Assembly: GCF_044324785.1 (NCBI RefSeq) | Contig: NZ_CP172127.1 | Length of the DNA: 64,000 nt | Origin: Escherichia coli | GTDB taxonomy: Bacteria > Pseudomonadota > Gammaproteobacteria > Enterobacterales > Enterobacteriaceae | Strand: one strand, 5' to 3' | Shown: one piece after another, positions 1 through 8,836 of the stretch | Layout: each line of letters starts with the position of its first letter | How positions within the stretch are numbered: the stretch's first letter is position 1 | The notes under the pieces: generated by a model | The model's input: the letters and a program-made list of their open reading frames with translations, nothing else | Told to the model about the DNA's origin: nothing | The model's database searches: none | Position numbers and translations under genes: made by a program

Positions 1-650
1 GTTTCTGGTGCGTTTATGGCGTGATATGCCCCCCGCTTTGCTGAACCTGTCAGGAGTCTTTTTTCACCATGTGAGGTAATAGTCTGTGCTGCTGTTACTG
101 CGCCGGATTTATCCACCAGCGCCAGCAACAGAGATCCATCGGGCAACACGGGGAATGTAAAATCACCTACCCCTTTCGCAACCAGATAATCAGATTTGCC
201 GTTTACAGCCTTTCTGCGCATGTCATCAAACTGACGGGAAAACGTATCCCGTCTTTGTTGTTCGTCCTTCTCTGCCCTTTTCAGGCGCTCCTGTTCGCGT
301 CGCTGGCGCTCGGTTTCCAGTTGTTCCCGTTTCTGGCTGGTGGCTTCTGGTGTTTCCGTTGTCCGGTAATCAATACCCAGAACATCAGCGGCAAGAAGCG
401 CCGCCTCTGTTGTGTCGCAGTTATTTACGCGTTTAATTAAATCCAGCCCATCACCAGCGCCGCACTGATTACAGATGAAGCTACCGCGCCCGTTGTCATC
501 GAACCGGAATCGATCTTTGCCCCCACATGCAGGGCAGGGAGCATGACGGCGCGGAGAGTCAGGGACATTTATGTTCAGGCAGCCCAGCACATGAGGCCAG
601 TTGTTTTCAGACGCACTGATAACCTGACGGATAAGATCAATGTTTCGCAT
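1..650 (-). CDS. P4-family DNA primase, N-terminal part only (gene continues beyond window start)
   Basis: Manual translation of the minus strand from ATG at 650-648 gives MRNIDLIRQVISASENNWPHVLGCLNINVPDSPRRHAPCPACGGKDRFRFDDNGRGSFICNQCGAGDGLDLIKRV...; the CPxCGGxDRFRF...CNQCGxGDG pattern is the zinc-ribbon of P4 alpha/TraC-type primases. No stop before position 1. Confidence 0.6.
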   Translation of the reverse strand, partial: MRNIDLIRQVISASENNWPHVLGCLNINVPDSPRRHAPCPACGGKDRFRFDDNGRGSFICNQCGAGDGLDLIKRVNNCDTTEAALLAADVLGIDYRTTETPEATSQKREQLETERQRREQERLKRAEKDEQQRRDTFSRQFDDMRRKAVNGKSDYLVAKGVGDFTFPVLPDGSLLLALVDKSGAVTAAQTITSHGEKRLLTGSAKRGAYHAINAPE

Positions 651-1008
651 CACCGTACCCCACGTGGTCTATAGCGTTTGCGATATGGCTAACCAGCATC
701 TGCCACTTGGTTATTCCGTAATCAGTCAGCATGCCATCATTGTTTAGCCACATATCAAATTCAGCGGTTGTCGCAAGTTTCCACTTATCGCCGTGGACAG
801 TCCTCATTGCTGGGTACATGAATGCGCAAATCAGATCACAAACATCTGACGGCTTCAGAGATGTAGTAATGGTGCGTCCCTCTGGCGTCTGAATTGCCAT
901 TTTCTCTTCACCAGTAGAATGAAGGTTATGAATCCACACAGCACCAGCAATCTTTGCCACCTGCTCTCCGATTGCGGAGCTAAGCGCCATTTCTGCATTT
1001 TCACGCAT
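637..1008 (-). CDS. hypothetical protein (mobile element, 123 aa)
   Basis: ORF in same-strand tightly packed gene string; start/stop overlaps with neighbours suggest an operon. No recognisable motif. Confidence 0.45.
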   Translation of the reverse strand: MRENAEMALSSAIGEQVAKIAGAVWIHNLHSTGEEKMAIQTPEGRTITTSLKPSDVCDLICAFMYPAMRTVHGDKWKLATTAEFDMWLNNDGMLTDYGITKWQMLVSHIANAIDHVGYGDAKH

Positions 1009-1342
1009 GAGAACCTCCCGCTACAGTTGCGCCCATGTCATTAACCATGCTTTGCCATATCTCACGCCCGACGTCAGTCAATCCGTCCTTAGTGACGCAA
1101 CGTTCAAGAAGCTCGATCCCCACGGTTTCCCACTGCGGGTAGAACACTTTCATGGCTGCCAGTGTGTAGCTATCGATCAGGCTGCGAACGCCTTTTACTC
1201 CATTGACGATTTCCACACGGACGGCCTCGCCGTCCGCATCAACCATGAAATAGTCCCCGCCGCTGGTGGAGGTAATGTGGTTATACAGTGCCGACGCATA
1301 CTTATTTGCCAGCGCATTCAGTCGGAAATTTTTAGTAATCAT
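1001..1342 (-). CDS. hypothetical protein (mobile element, 113 aa)
   Basis: ORF overlapping the downstream ORF start by 8 nt, typical of translational coupling. No recognisable motif. Confidence 0.45.
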   Translation of the reverse strand: MITKNFRLNALANKYASALYNHITSTSGGDYFMVDADGEAVRVEIVNGVKGVRSLIDSYTLAAMKVFYPQWETVGIELLERCVTKDGLTDVGREIWQSMVNDMGATVAGGSHA

Positions 1343-1352
1343 GGCTCCATCC

Positions 1353-1955
1353 TCAGTGCGTCACTGGTTCCGCTGGCATGCCGTTTTCATTCAGTTCAGC
1401 TATAAAGCTGTTGTGAAGTTCAGCAAGCGTTTCACGCCCAAATGGAGTCAGTGCTCCTTGTTCCACATCCATCATGGCTCTGTAGAAAATGATGGCGCGT
1501 TCTGTGCCAGACTCGATGCCAAAACGTTCTATCATCGCGCCCTCAATGTTGTTTGCCATAGCGAGGCGCTCTGCTACTGGATACAGCGGCATGGCGACGA
1601 TGCCGTTGGAATAAACAGCCACTTCGGAAGGATTGCCAGTATCATCAATGATGCTGACAGTGCCGTTTTCCTCTCTCATTTCCAGCATGAATACTGTTGC
1701 GATCAGCCATCTCCACATAATGACGTTATGCTGTGATGTGTAATCGAAATATCCCTGGTTGCCGCCATCGGCAATAGCGAGATGTATTGACATACCTTCA
1801 TCTGGTTTATCGTCATAATCCCCGGCATCCAGACGATTTACGGCATCAATATATGAGATGGCCTCAACGCGTTCTGTCATGCCATCGTTGCTGCGGTACA
1901 TGATGTTTACGCCGTCAGGCGTTGCTTCTGCATGGAAAGTTAAGAAATTATTCAT
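1353..1955 (-). CDS. hypothetical protein (mobile element, about 200 aa)
   Basis: ORF 1353-2060 trimmed to the ATG at 1955-1953 (MNNFLTFHAEATPDG...) which lies 2 nt after the stop of the upstream 73-aa ORF; longer start would overlap that gene. Confidence 0.4.
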   Translation of the reverse strand: MNNFLTFHAEATPDGVNIMYRSNDGMTERVEAISYIDAVNRLDAGDYDDKPDEGMSIHLAIADGGNQGYFDYTSQHNVIMWRWLIATVFMLEMREENGTVSIIDDTGNPSEVAVYSNGIVAMPLYPVAERLAMANNIEGAMIERFGIESGTERAIIFYRAMMDVEQGALTPFGRETLAELHNSFIAELNENGMPAEPVTH

Positions 1956-2169
1956 GTTTCGCTTCGCCTGAATGATTCTGTAACTCATATTTGCCCAACA
2001 ATTCGTCCGCTTCCTGAATAGCTTCTGGTACGCCATTGAGCAGTGACATAACCGCGCCAATCATTAACTTGTCTCTGTTGCTGGGGCTGGCCCCTTCAAG
2101 CCAGAACCCTAAAACAGTCTGAACCTGTTCGATGCGACATTGCGCTTCAATGAGCTGGATGTTGGTCAT
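1948..2169 (-). CDS. hypothetical small protein (73 aa)
   Basis: ORF in operon-like array, start overlaps upstream ORF stop (2166-2169). Confidence 0.4.
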   Translation of the reverse strand: MTNIQLIEAQCRIEQVQTVLGFWLEGASPSNRDKLMIGAVMSLLNGVPEAIQEADELLGKYELQNHSGEAKHE

Positions 2170-2429
2170 TTCGCACTCTCCACATCGATTAAACCGATAT
2201 CTATCAGGGAGGTAACTTTTTGTAGCCAGCTATTGATTACTGTCGCCTGTTCCCCTCCCACCGAGGGAACAATCTCATTCATCACATGAACCAGACCTGT
2301 GCGCGCTCTGGTAAGCCGTTCAGTCGCGCAATCTGCGGGAGTGAATGTGTCTGGATATGGCTCTTCACGCCCCAGCAATGATTCAATTTCCAGCTCACAC
2401 GGATGACGATAAATTAAGTTGATATTCAT
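2166..2429 (-). CDS. hypothetical small protein (87 aa)
   Basis: ORF in operon-like array; 4-nt overlap with upstream ORF. Confidence 0.4.
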   Translation of the reverse strand: MNINLIYRHPCELEIESLLGREEPYPDTFTPADCATERLTRARTGLVHVMNEIVPSVGGEQATVINSWLQKVTSLIDIGLIDVESAK

Positions 2430-2620
2430 TTTTCACCCCCAAGAATTACCAGCTCGGCACGGGCATCGTTAACCAAAGATGAGCACGCTTTAATCGCATC
2501 CACGACATCAGCAGCGTCCATTTCTTCAGCCGAAAGACTGACAGCAACCAGGACAGCCGCTGCTTGCTCGATTAATTGAAGTGCGGACGTAAGGCGAGGG
2601 GTATTAATTGAGTTATTCAT
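2426..2620 (-). CDS. hypothetical small protein (about 64 aa)
   Basis: ORF 2426-2677 trimmed to ATG at 2620 ([10 protein letters not shown]...) preceded by a G-rich Shine-Dalgarno-like stretch. Confidence 0.35.
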   Translation of the reverse strand: MNNSINTPRLTSALQLIEQAAAVLVAVSLSAEEMDAADVVDAIKACSSLVNDARAELVILGGEK

Positions 2621-3680
2621 TGGTTGCCCCCGTTTTTCCTGGCATTTCGCCACCTTCCAGCAGGAAATGAACGTCACGAACGGCGAGATCCAATATCGCG
2701 AGTAACGCCTTCAGTCTTTCGTCTCGTGAGGGAGAGTTGCTCACCAGAATGTCGTTAATCACTTCTGTCAGTGTGATGATCTGGCTTGTGCGTTCGAGGG
2801 GATCCATATGCACATCGTAGGTTTTAATCATGAGCCACCTCCATGCGGATACGACCAGCAAAAAAGCAGACGTGATCGCGCACCAGAGAACGGCGAGCAT
2901 CGCGTTCAGACTCGGCAGCAATATGATGAATTTTGGCGGTAATTGTCGGGCAATCGCGGCGAACTGCGGCGATAATCCAGATAAATTGCGGTTTTTGGGT
3001 AGGGGTAGTAGCCAGCATGTGGCAGCCTCCATTCGATAGCATGTAACGCTACCACCGGAAACGCCAATTTCGCTGGTGGTAGCCCAGACAGGGTTGGCGT
3101 AACCGGCTCGAATGGATACCGGCGCTTCCGAAGAAGCCCCTGCCTGAGCCACCATTGATTGACAAAGGCGCTGGATTATACACCAACGCCCAAAAAATGG
3201 GTGAGTCAGACCTACGACATAAAAAAAGACGCTCGGCGCGTCATATGTCGCCATTCGATTTACCAGGACGCCAATCCCGGCACCCGTTTTATGAGGTGCC
3301 TTATAACCATAAACCGTGTTGCCGCATAACGGCAAGCTCTTTTTTATGGACTCCGAAAACTCGCTATTGGAAGCACCAGATGCACAGTACATCGCGCTCA
3401 TTTCGTTAACGTCACGCACGTGGACGAATGTTTTTGTGGAGTCACTACACGAGCGGAAGACATCATCTACGACCAGAAATTTTCTGGCGCAGCCGCTGAC
3501 CTTCTCAACGCTAACACCATCGACCGTAATTTCTGACATAGTTAAGGCATCCGCTCCCACCACCAGAAAATGATAAACTTTGCTTGTATCTGCTGTATTA
3601 ATGCCAGACTTTGCTGTCATATTGCTGGATTTTGGCGACATACCTGCCAGTGAAAATGTCTTCTTCTGGACGGTTAGCAT
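2613..3680 (-). CDS. hypothetical protein; gene structure uncertain (355-aa ORF, possibly two genes)
   Basis: Single uninterrupted ORF with a GGAGG Shine-Dalgarno 7 nt before its ATG at 3680; however a second strong GGAGGTG ribosome-binding site precedes an internal ATG at 2831 and the middle of the ORF has a W/C-rich composition atypical of real protein. Confidence 0.3.
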   Translation of the reverse strand: MLTVQKKTFSLAGMSPKSSNMTAKSGINTADTSKVYHFLVVGADALTMSEITVDGVSVEKVSGCARKFLVVDDVFRSCSDSTKTFVHVRDVNEMSAMYCASGASNSEFSESIKKSLPLCGNTVYGYKAPHKTGAGIGVLVNRMATYDAPSVFFYVVGLTHPFFGRWCIIQRLCQSMVAQAGASSEAPVSIRAGYANPVWATTSEIGVSGGSVTCYRMEAATCWLLPLPKNRNLSGLSPQFAAIARQLPPKFIILLPSLNAMLAVLWCAITSAFLLVVSAWRWLMIKTYDVHMDPLERTSQIITLTEVINDILVSNSPSRDERLKALLAILDLAVRDVHFLLEGGEMPGKTGATNE

Positions 3681-3856
3681 TTGTTAACCTCCGCGAACTC
3701 CTTCATGAAACGTGCCAGCGGTTGTACGCATGGCGATTGATACCCGTCGCGATAAAACGTCACTCGGTTGTGAGACACGCTTTCGACAGTAACGAGTGCT
3801 CCGTGGGCATCTTTGTAGCGTTTTTGAGGTTGTGGTGTTCCTGTCGGCTTAAACAT
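3674..3856 (-). CDS. hypothetical small protein (about 60 aa)
   Basis: ORF 3674-3943 trimmed to internal ATG (MFKPTGTPQPQK...) so that it does not run deep into the upstream gene; stop abuts the next ORF start. Confidence 0.3.
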   Translation of the reverse strand: MFKPTGTPQPQKRYKDAHGALVTVESVSHNRVTFYRDGYQSPCVQPLARFMKEFAEVNKC

Positions 3857-4682
3857 GGACCGCCTCCAGACGCTTGGCGAGCCAGCGTTGCGACAGGCGG
3901 GTGAGTTCTCCTTTGCGCTGCTCATATTCCATGCCCATATCAATTAACGTGATATTGGTGCTTTCGAGATATGAGAGGTGCTCAAGCTGTTCTGCGTTCA
4001 TATGGTCGCGAGGTTCGCCAGAATAGCCATTTATCCGCGCCCACTGCTTAGCAGTTAGCCCACCAAGAACGATACGAGAAATCATATTGCTCTCGTTTGT
4101 GTAGTGGTGTTGCTGCGTCGTTTTCCCCTGCTCGGCACGGGCCATATTCAGCGCATCGCACATTGGCTTAAAGTTGTTTGCGGCACTAATACGGGCTTTT
4201 AGCTGGCGACGATAGCGGGCGGCGATTTCAGGCACGCTACGCTGTAATTCTTCCTCGCACTGGATGAAATAACGACGGATAGCGCGACCCTGATCATTGC
4301 GTTCGATCATTGCCAGTTCTTTCGCCATTCCGACACTTAACAGATAGTCTTTGCCGGGTCTGCCAGACTGCTTAATCTTGCTGTAAGCCGCGCCATTCGG
4401 GCTTTTCCCCAAATTTGGGGAAATTGTTTTATGGACTGAGTAATCGTGCCCAATGGTGAAGTCATATTCAGAGATGCGATCAGTGATCCATGTAGAGAAG
4501 TCTTTTCCCACGCCCAACGCTTTGTGTAACGCTTTTGCGCTAACAATATTGGTTTCACGCCCACCGATATGACCAGGAATAACCGGGACAATTGCGGCAA
4601 ATTCATTACCGTTAATTGTGCCCAGAGAGGCGTTCAGATGAGGGGCGGCCTCAGAAATTAATCTGCTTTTTTCGATGTTCAT
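3849..4682 (-). CDS. phage antirepressor-like protein (AntA N-terminal / KilA-C-like C-terminal)
   Basis: 277-aa ORF; sequence features reminiscent of prophage antirepressor families (…AKALHKALGVGKDFSTWITDRI… and C-terminal …ELAMIERNDQGRAIRRYFIQCEEEL…). Family call from memory, not searched. Confidence 0.5.
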   Translation of the reverse strand: MNIEKSRLISEAAPHLNASLGTINGNEFAAIVPVIPGHIGGRETNIVSAKALHKALGVGKDFSTWITDRISEYDFTIGHDYSVHKTISPNLGKSPNGAAYSKIKQSGRPGKDYLLSVGMAKELAMIERNDQGRAIRRYFIQCEEELQRSVPEIAARYRRQLKARISAANNFKPMCDALNMARAEQGKTTQQHHYTNESNMISRIVLGGLTAKQWARINGYSGEPRDHMNAEQLEHLSYLESTNITLIDMGMEYEQRKGELTRLSQRWLAKRLEAVHV

Positions 4683-4694
4683 TTTCAGTCTCCG

Positions 4695-5126
4695 TTAGGC
4701 GGCGTTAAACGCGTCCGGGTAGAGTTTCAGAATGTCGGCAATTTCCTGCTGAGAAAGTCCGTTGTGATCATTTATGTTCGCAAGATGGTTAACATGAGTG
4801 ATCACTTTCAGAACATCACCACGGCAGGAGAAACGGTAGCGGAGGTGTGTTCCGATACCATCAGGATTCTTTTCGTCGATACGCTCCAGAATGATTCCAA
4901 GCTGGCGTTCTAACTCTGTTGCATAGTTACGACCAGAAGACAGACGGCAGTAGCGAAGAATGTCATTTTCTGTCCATCCCTCTATACCAGTACGCAGCAT
5001 ATAGACTCTGGCACGATGTTTTTTCGGTGTGCGCTTTGGTGCTTGAAGGGATTTTTTCAGGGGCGTAACATCAGACACGCGAATATCTGAATTAGCCGCC
5101 TGTAATGGGCGGTTTTTCTTTTCCAT
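4695..5126 (-). CDS. hypothetical protein (mobile element, 143 aa), basic N-terminus
   Basis: ORF immediately downstream of alpA-like gene with start/stop overlap at 5126. Confidence 0.45.
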   Translation of the reverse strand: MEKKNRPLQAANSDIRVSDVTPLKKSLQAPKRTPKKHRARVYMLRTGIEGWTENDILRYCRLSSGRNYATELERQLGIILERIDEKNPDGIGTHLRYRFSCRGDVLKVITHVNHLANINDHNGLSQQEIADILKLYPDAFNAA

Positions 5127-5329
5127 CAGGCCACCTTCCCGCGGCGTTCTGCCAGCCAGTTGTGAATCTCAACCGCATCAAACGCAGTTATTTTTTCTCC
5201 CAGCTTTACTGGACGTGGTAGTGAACCGTTTCTTACTTTACGGTCGATGGTGGATACACTAACGCCCAGCAATTCAGCCAGGCGAAAGCGTCTGATATAG
5301 CCTTTTGTAGGGATAGTGTCGATGTTCAT
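5126..5329 (-). CDS. alpA: AlpA-family prophage transcriptional regulator / excisionase-like HTH protein
   Basis: 67-aa ORF MNIDTIPTKGYIRRFRLAELLGVSVSTIDRKVRNGSLPRPVKLGEKITAFDAVEIHNWL...; size and HTH pattern match AlpA/Vis-like proteins of P4/CP4-type elements. Confidence 0.7.
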   Translation of the reverse strand: MNIDTIPTKGYIRRFRLAELLGVSVSTIDRKVRNGSLPRPVKLGEKITAFDAVEIHNWLAERRGKVA

Positions 5330-5435
5330 GATTCCCGTAACCTCTTAGCGATAGTTGTTGCTTCGTTACGAGAAATCTAGCTGTATAGATATACAATGAA
5401 AAGGTACTGTAATTTTGCAGTACCTCTATAGTAAG

Positions 5436-6386
5436 TTAACTATCCACTTTGCCATTTGCCGCAGATCGTAGATGTTTAAGAATTACATCTTCATTAGTTA
5501 TCATAAGTGGTGGAACTTCGTCTAAATGACGAACAAGACAGTCACGCCACTTCTCAGGGCTTATTTCTTTCCTTTCTCCCCTGCATTCATTTGGATACTT
5601 ACTAAGTATATAAATTGCAGATTTTAATAGTTTCTCCCTATTGACTGCGTACCGTTCGGCACGTTTATTAACTTTTAGCGTATTTATATCATTGGATAAC
5701 TTGTTTGCGGATGGTTTGTGCATGGGTCTGTCATAAATATATTTTCCTCCATTTATAAGAAGATTGTATTCATAGTCAGTTATATACATTTTGTTTCGGC
5801 TTATTTCATACCAGCCGTCAATATAAAAAGCTCCGATTTCATAATTATTCGATTTGCTAAACTCGTCACATCTCGGAGGTATCAGTTCGCATACAGAGAT
5901 CTCCCAATCATCCCATTCTGATAGCTCCCGCTCATCGTTATCTATGAACGCAGGCGGAATTGCTAATAGACCGCTCCATCTTTCGATATCTCTTTCATCC
6001 TTCCCAACATTGTATCGCTCTATAACTGAGAAATGTTCTGATTTGTATGAAAACCTCATAAAATACATATAGTTATCGCTATTTTTATAATCAAGTGATG
6101 ATAAGCCATATGATTCGAGATTATCTGCCTTATTGCTCAGATCAAGGAGATAATTCTCATGTGCTGCTTTTGTATCTATATGAAAAATACTATCTGTTTC
6201 AACTTTAAGTAATTCTGGCTCGGCATCTTCATTTTTTGGGTAATGGTAAAACAATTCAATAGGTGGAATTTTTATACATATTTCTAAAACCCCAATTGCT
6301 GCATAGTGTATTAAATCGGATACTTCACATCCGGCCAGTTTGGCTGCTTTATCCAAAGAATAATATTTATGCGCAGGTAATTTCAT
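5436..6386 (-). CDS. hypothetical cargo protein (316 aa), AT-rich, between integrase and alpA
   Basis: Long ORF with markedly AT-rich codon usage compared with flanking genes; N-terminus has an HTH-like stretch (SLDKAAKLAGCEVSDLIHYAAIG); acidic, Y/N/K-rich remainder without recognisable catalytic motif. Confidence 0.55.
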   Translation of the reverse strand: MKLPAHKYYSLDKAAKLAGCEVSDLIHYAAIGVLEICIKIPPIELFYHYPKNEDAEPELLKVETDSIFHIDTKAAHENYLLDLSNKADNLESYGLSSLDYKNSDNYMYFMRFSYKSEHFSVIERYNVGKDERDIERWSGLLAIPPAFIDNDERELSEWDDWEISVCELIPPRCDEFSKSNNYEIGAFYIDGWYEISRNKMYITDYEYNLLINGGKYIYDRPMHKPSANKLSNDINTLKVNKRAERYAVNREKLLKSAIYILSKYPNECRGERKEISPEKWRDCLVRHLDEVPPLMITNEDVILKHLRSAANGKVDS

Positions 6387-6404
6387 TATGAATCTTTCCT
6401 CTCA

Positions 6405-7658
6405 TCATGCTCTGATTGGCGTTACGTTGTAGTCTTTTCCGCTTTCCAGTGCCACCAGCAGATCTGCCCACTGTGCTAGTGCTGCTTTACGCTCATCAAA
6501 ATACTGATGACGGTTATAAATCCCCTCTACGCCCTTAATGCGATGATTGAGGCATCGTTCCGCCACGACAGGATCAACACCCAATGCTGCTAAATGAGTA
6601 CGTGCGGTGCGTCGGAAGTCGTGAATCGTGAAATTAGGCACATCCGGAATTTCGGCGCGAACCTTAGCCAGTGCTACGGGTAAAGTGCTTTCCTGAATAT
6701 GTGGGATCATTCTGTTTTGCATCTTCCTGGCCGGAAGCACCCATGCGCTATTACATGAAAAGGTGTGTAGCTCTCTCAACCATTCAACGGCTGGGGAAGG
6801 TAGAGGTATATCAATAGGGTCTCCGTTTTTGCTGCGTTCTTCCGGCAAATGCCATACCGCACCATCTAAATCAAACTCTTCCCATCGTGCGGCGCATAAC
6901 TCCATCTTACGAACGCATAGTGCCAGCAATAGTTTAAATGTCAGTTCGTTTTGGCGGCTGAATCCTTTTGCGGTGCGCATAGCCTCGAATAGTCTGATAA
7001 GCTCATCGCGAGTTAGCCAACGGTCGCGGGAAACCTCTTTACCACCAGCATCAGATACTTCAAACGCTGAACAAGGGTTTATCTCCAGAGCGTGGCGTTT
7101 TATCCCATAGTCAAAGATACGGCGTGTCCAGCGCAATACATCTGTTGCTATCGTTGGTGCTCCTCGGTCAACGATACCTTTCAACATGTCGTCAATGTGG
7201 CGTGGCTTAACGTCCTCTACCTTCATATGCCCAATGCAGGGGTTAATATCCTTATCAATTCTCCGGCGAAGGATATCGGGATGTTTCCATCTCGGAAGTA
7301 TCTGGCGCTCGAAGTATTCGGAGGCCAGATCTGAAACACGCATGGCGTTTTTCTCAGCCTCCATTTTTGCCAGTGCTTCAGCTTTTCGTTCCTGTTTCTC
7401 TGCTGCTACGTCATAGCCAAGAGCAACTCTGGCTGACAGCTCTTTTGCTGTTTCTCTGGCTTTTGATAGTGACAGTTCGGAGTAAGAGCCTATAACCATA
7501 GCCCGCTGCTTTCCTGCGAGCTTATAGCGGAATCGCCAGAACGGGACTGTGTAGTTTTTGGGGTAGCAAATATAAAGGCCGTTGCCGTCTGCCTTGCCAT
7601 CAAATCTGTCTCCCGCCTTTATCCATGCGCGGATCTGCATATCTGTGAGTTTTGGCAT
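6405..7658 (-). CDS. int: tyrosine site-specific integrase, P4-type
   Basis: ORF 6405-7742 trimmed to MPKLTDMQIRAWIKAGDRFDG... (typical P4-integrase N-terminus); C-terminal catalytic region contains ...HDFRRTARTHLAALGV... and ...GIYNRHQY... (R/H-x-x-R/Y signature). Confidence 0.85.
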   Translation of the reverse strand: MPKLTDMQIRAWIKAGDRFDGKADGNGLYICYPKNYTVPFWRFRYKLAGKQRAMVIGSYSELSLSKARETAKELSARVALGYDVAAEKQERKAEALAKMEAEKNAMRVSDLASEYFERQILPRWKHPDILRRRIDKDINPCIGHMKVEDVKPRHIDDMLKGIVDRGAPTIATDVLRWTRRIFDYGIKRHALEINPCSAFEVSDAGGKEVSRDRWLTRDELIRLFEAMRTAKGFSRQNELTFKLLLALCVRKMELCAARWEEFDLDGAVWHLPEERSKNGDPIDIPLPSPAVEWLRELHTFSCNSAWVLPARKMQNRMIPHIQESTLPVALAKVRAEIPDVPNFTIHDFRRTARTHLAALGVDPVVAERCLNHRIKGVEGIYNRHQYFDERKAALAQWADLLVALESGKDYNVTPIRA

Positions 7659-7686
7659 TGCGAATACCTGAATATCGAATATGGGT

Positions 7687-7738
7687 GTGTACATAAAGCA
7701 ATGTACATGAAAGTCATTATGTACACCTCTATGTACAC
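7687..7738. promoter_or_regulatory. four direct copies of ATGTACA-like motif just upstream of int: candidate integrase arm-type binding sites / att region
   Basis: gtgtacat (7687-7694), atgtacatg (7701-7709), atgtacac (7719-7726), atgtacac (7731-7738) visible directly in sequence. Confidence 0.35.
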
Positions 7739-7783
7739 GCATATTGTGCGCTTTGTTGCGTCGTTATGATAGCTCATGATAAC

Positions 7784-7820
7784 AAAAAAGCCCGACATTT
7801 CGCGGGCTTTGTGGTTTTTT
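7784..7820. terminator. bidirectional rho-independent terminator downstream of yicC
   Basis: aaaaaagcccg-acatttcg-cgggctttgtggtttttt: GC stem flanked by A-run and T-run. Confidence 0.5.
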
Positions 7821-7846
7821 GCTGCTTGGTGATTTTTACTGATAGC

Positions 7847-8710
7847 TTATTCGATATTCTGGATCTGCTCGCGCATCTGCTCAATCAACACTTTCAGCTC
7901 GATGGCGGAGTTTGTCACTTCGGCATTGATAGACTTCGAAGCAAGAGTGTTCGACTCGCGGTTGAACTCCTGCATCATAAAGTCCAGACGACGGCCAACC
8001 GCTTCTTTTTTCTTCAGAATGTTGTAGGTCTCTTTGACATGCGCTTCGAGGCGATCCAGTTCTTCGGCAACGTCAATTCGTTGTGCCAGCAGAACCAACT
8101 CCTGCTCCAGACGGTTGTTTTCCAGTTGCACCTGAGCATCTTCCAGCTTCGCGACCAGACGCTCACGCTGCCATTGCAGGATTTCCGGCATATGGGCGCG
8201 GACTTTGACCACTTCGGCGGTGACGCCTTCCAGACGCTGCTCGATCAATGCTTTCAGCGCCTGACCTTCGGTTTCGCGCGCGACGATAAAGTCGTCCAGC
8301 GTACCATCCAACGCCGCGAGAATTTCAGCGGCAATCGCGTCGAGATCCTGCTCCTGGGCTGCCATCACGCCCGGCCAGCGTAGAATATCAACCGGGTTGA
8401 TTTCCCCTTCGTCACTCTGCATTTTTACCCAGTTCGCGGCAGTTACCAGCTGTTTAGCCAGTTTTTCGTTAAGGATCAGCTCACCTTGTGCGCTAACATC
8501 TGGCTCATAACGCAGGGTACATTCCACTTTACCGCGCGTCAGGCGAGAACGAATACGCTCGCGAACGACAGGTTCAAGGCTACGGAACTGCTCCGGCAGA
8601 CGAAAGTAAGTTTCCAGATAACGCTGGTTTACCGAGCGCATTTCCCAGGTTGCGCTCCCCCATTCACCCTTGATTTCACGCCGGGCGTAGGCGGTCATAC
8701 TGCGGATCAT
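7847..8710 (-). CDS. yicC: YicC family stress-induced protein
   Basis: 287-aa ORF MIRSMTAYARREIKGEWGSATWEMRSVNQRYLETYFRLPEQFR... recognised as YicC; conserved position next to rph. Confidence 0.9.
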   Translation of the reverse strand: MIRSMTAYARREIKGEWGSATWEMRSVNQRYLETYFRLPEQFRSLEPVVRERIRSRLTRGKVECTLRYEPDVSAQGELILNEKLAKQLVTAANWVKMQSDEGEINPVDILRWPGVMAAQEQDLDAIAAEILAALDGTLDDFIVARETEGQALKALIEQRLEGVTAEVVKVRAHMPEILQWQRERLVAKLEDAQVQLENNRLEQELVLLAQRIDVAEELDRLEAHVKETYNILKKKEAVGRRLDFMMQEFNRESNTLASKSINAEVTNSAIELKVLIEQMREQIQNIE

Positions 8711-8836
8711 AGACGTTCCTGTTTATAAAAGGAGAGGTGGAAGGATTATAGCCATCGATGCCTTGTCAGGATAGGAATAACCGCCGGAAGTCCGTATAAT
8801 GCGCAGCCACATTTGTTTCAAGCCGGAGATTTCAAT

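Larger units (their letters stand above)
1..7742. mobile_element. P4-family (CP4-like) integrative element / phage-satellite-like island, right end; left boundary outside window
   Basis: Co-oriented module primase - small ORFs - antirepressor - alpA - cargo - P4-type integrase ending next to core gene yicC; in K-12 yicC is adjacent to dinD with no such element (from memory). Confidence 0.65.

Noticed and set aside
255-440. 61-aa plus-strand ORF
   Set aside because: Lies inside and antisense to the primase gene whose Zn-ribbon motif is clear on the minus strand.
7742-7846. tRNA gene as integration target between int and yicC
   Set aside because: No cloverleaf-compatible sequence or conserved tRNA boxes seen; region is occupied by short repeats and the yicC terminator.
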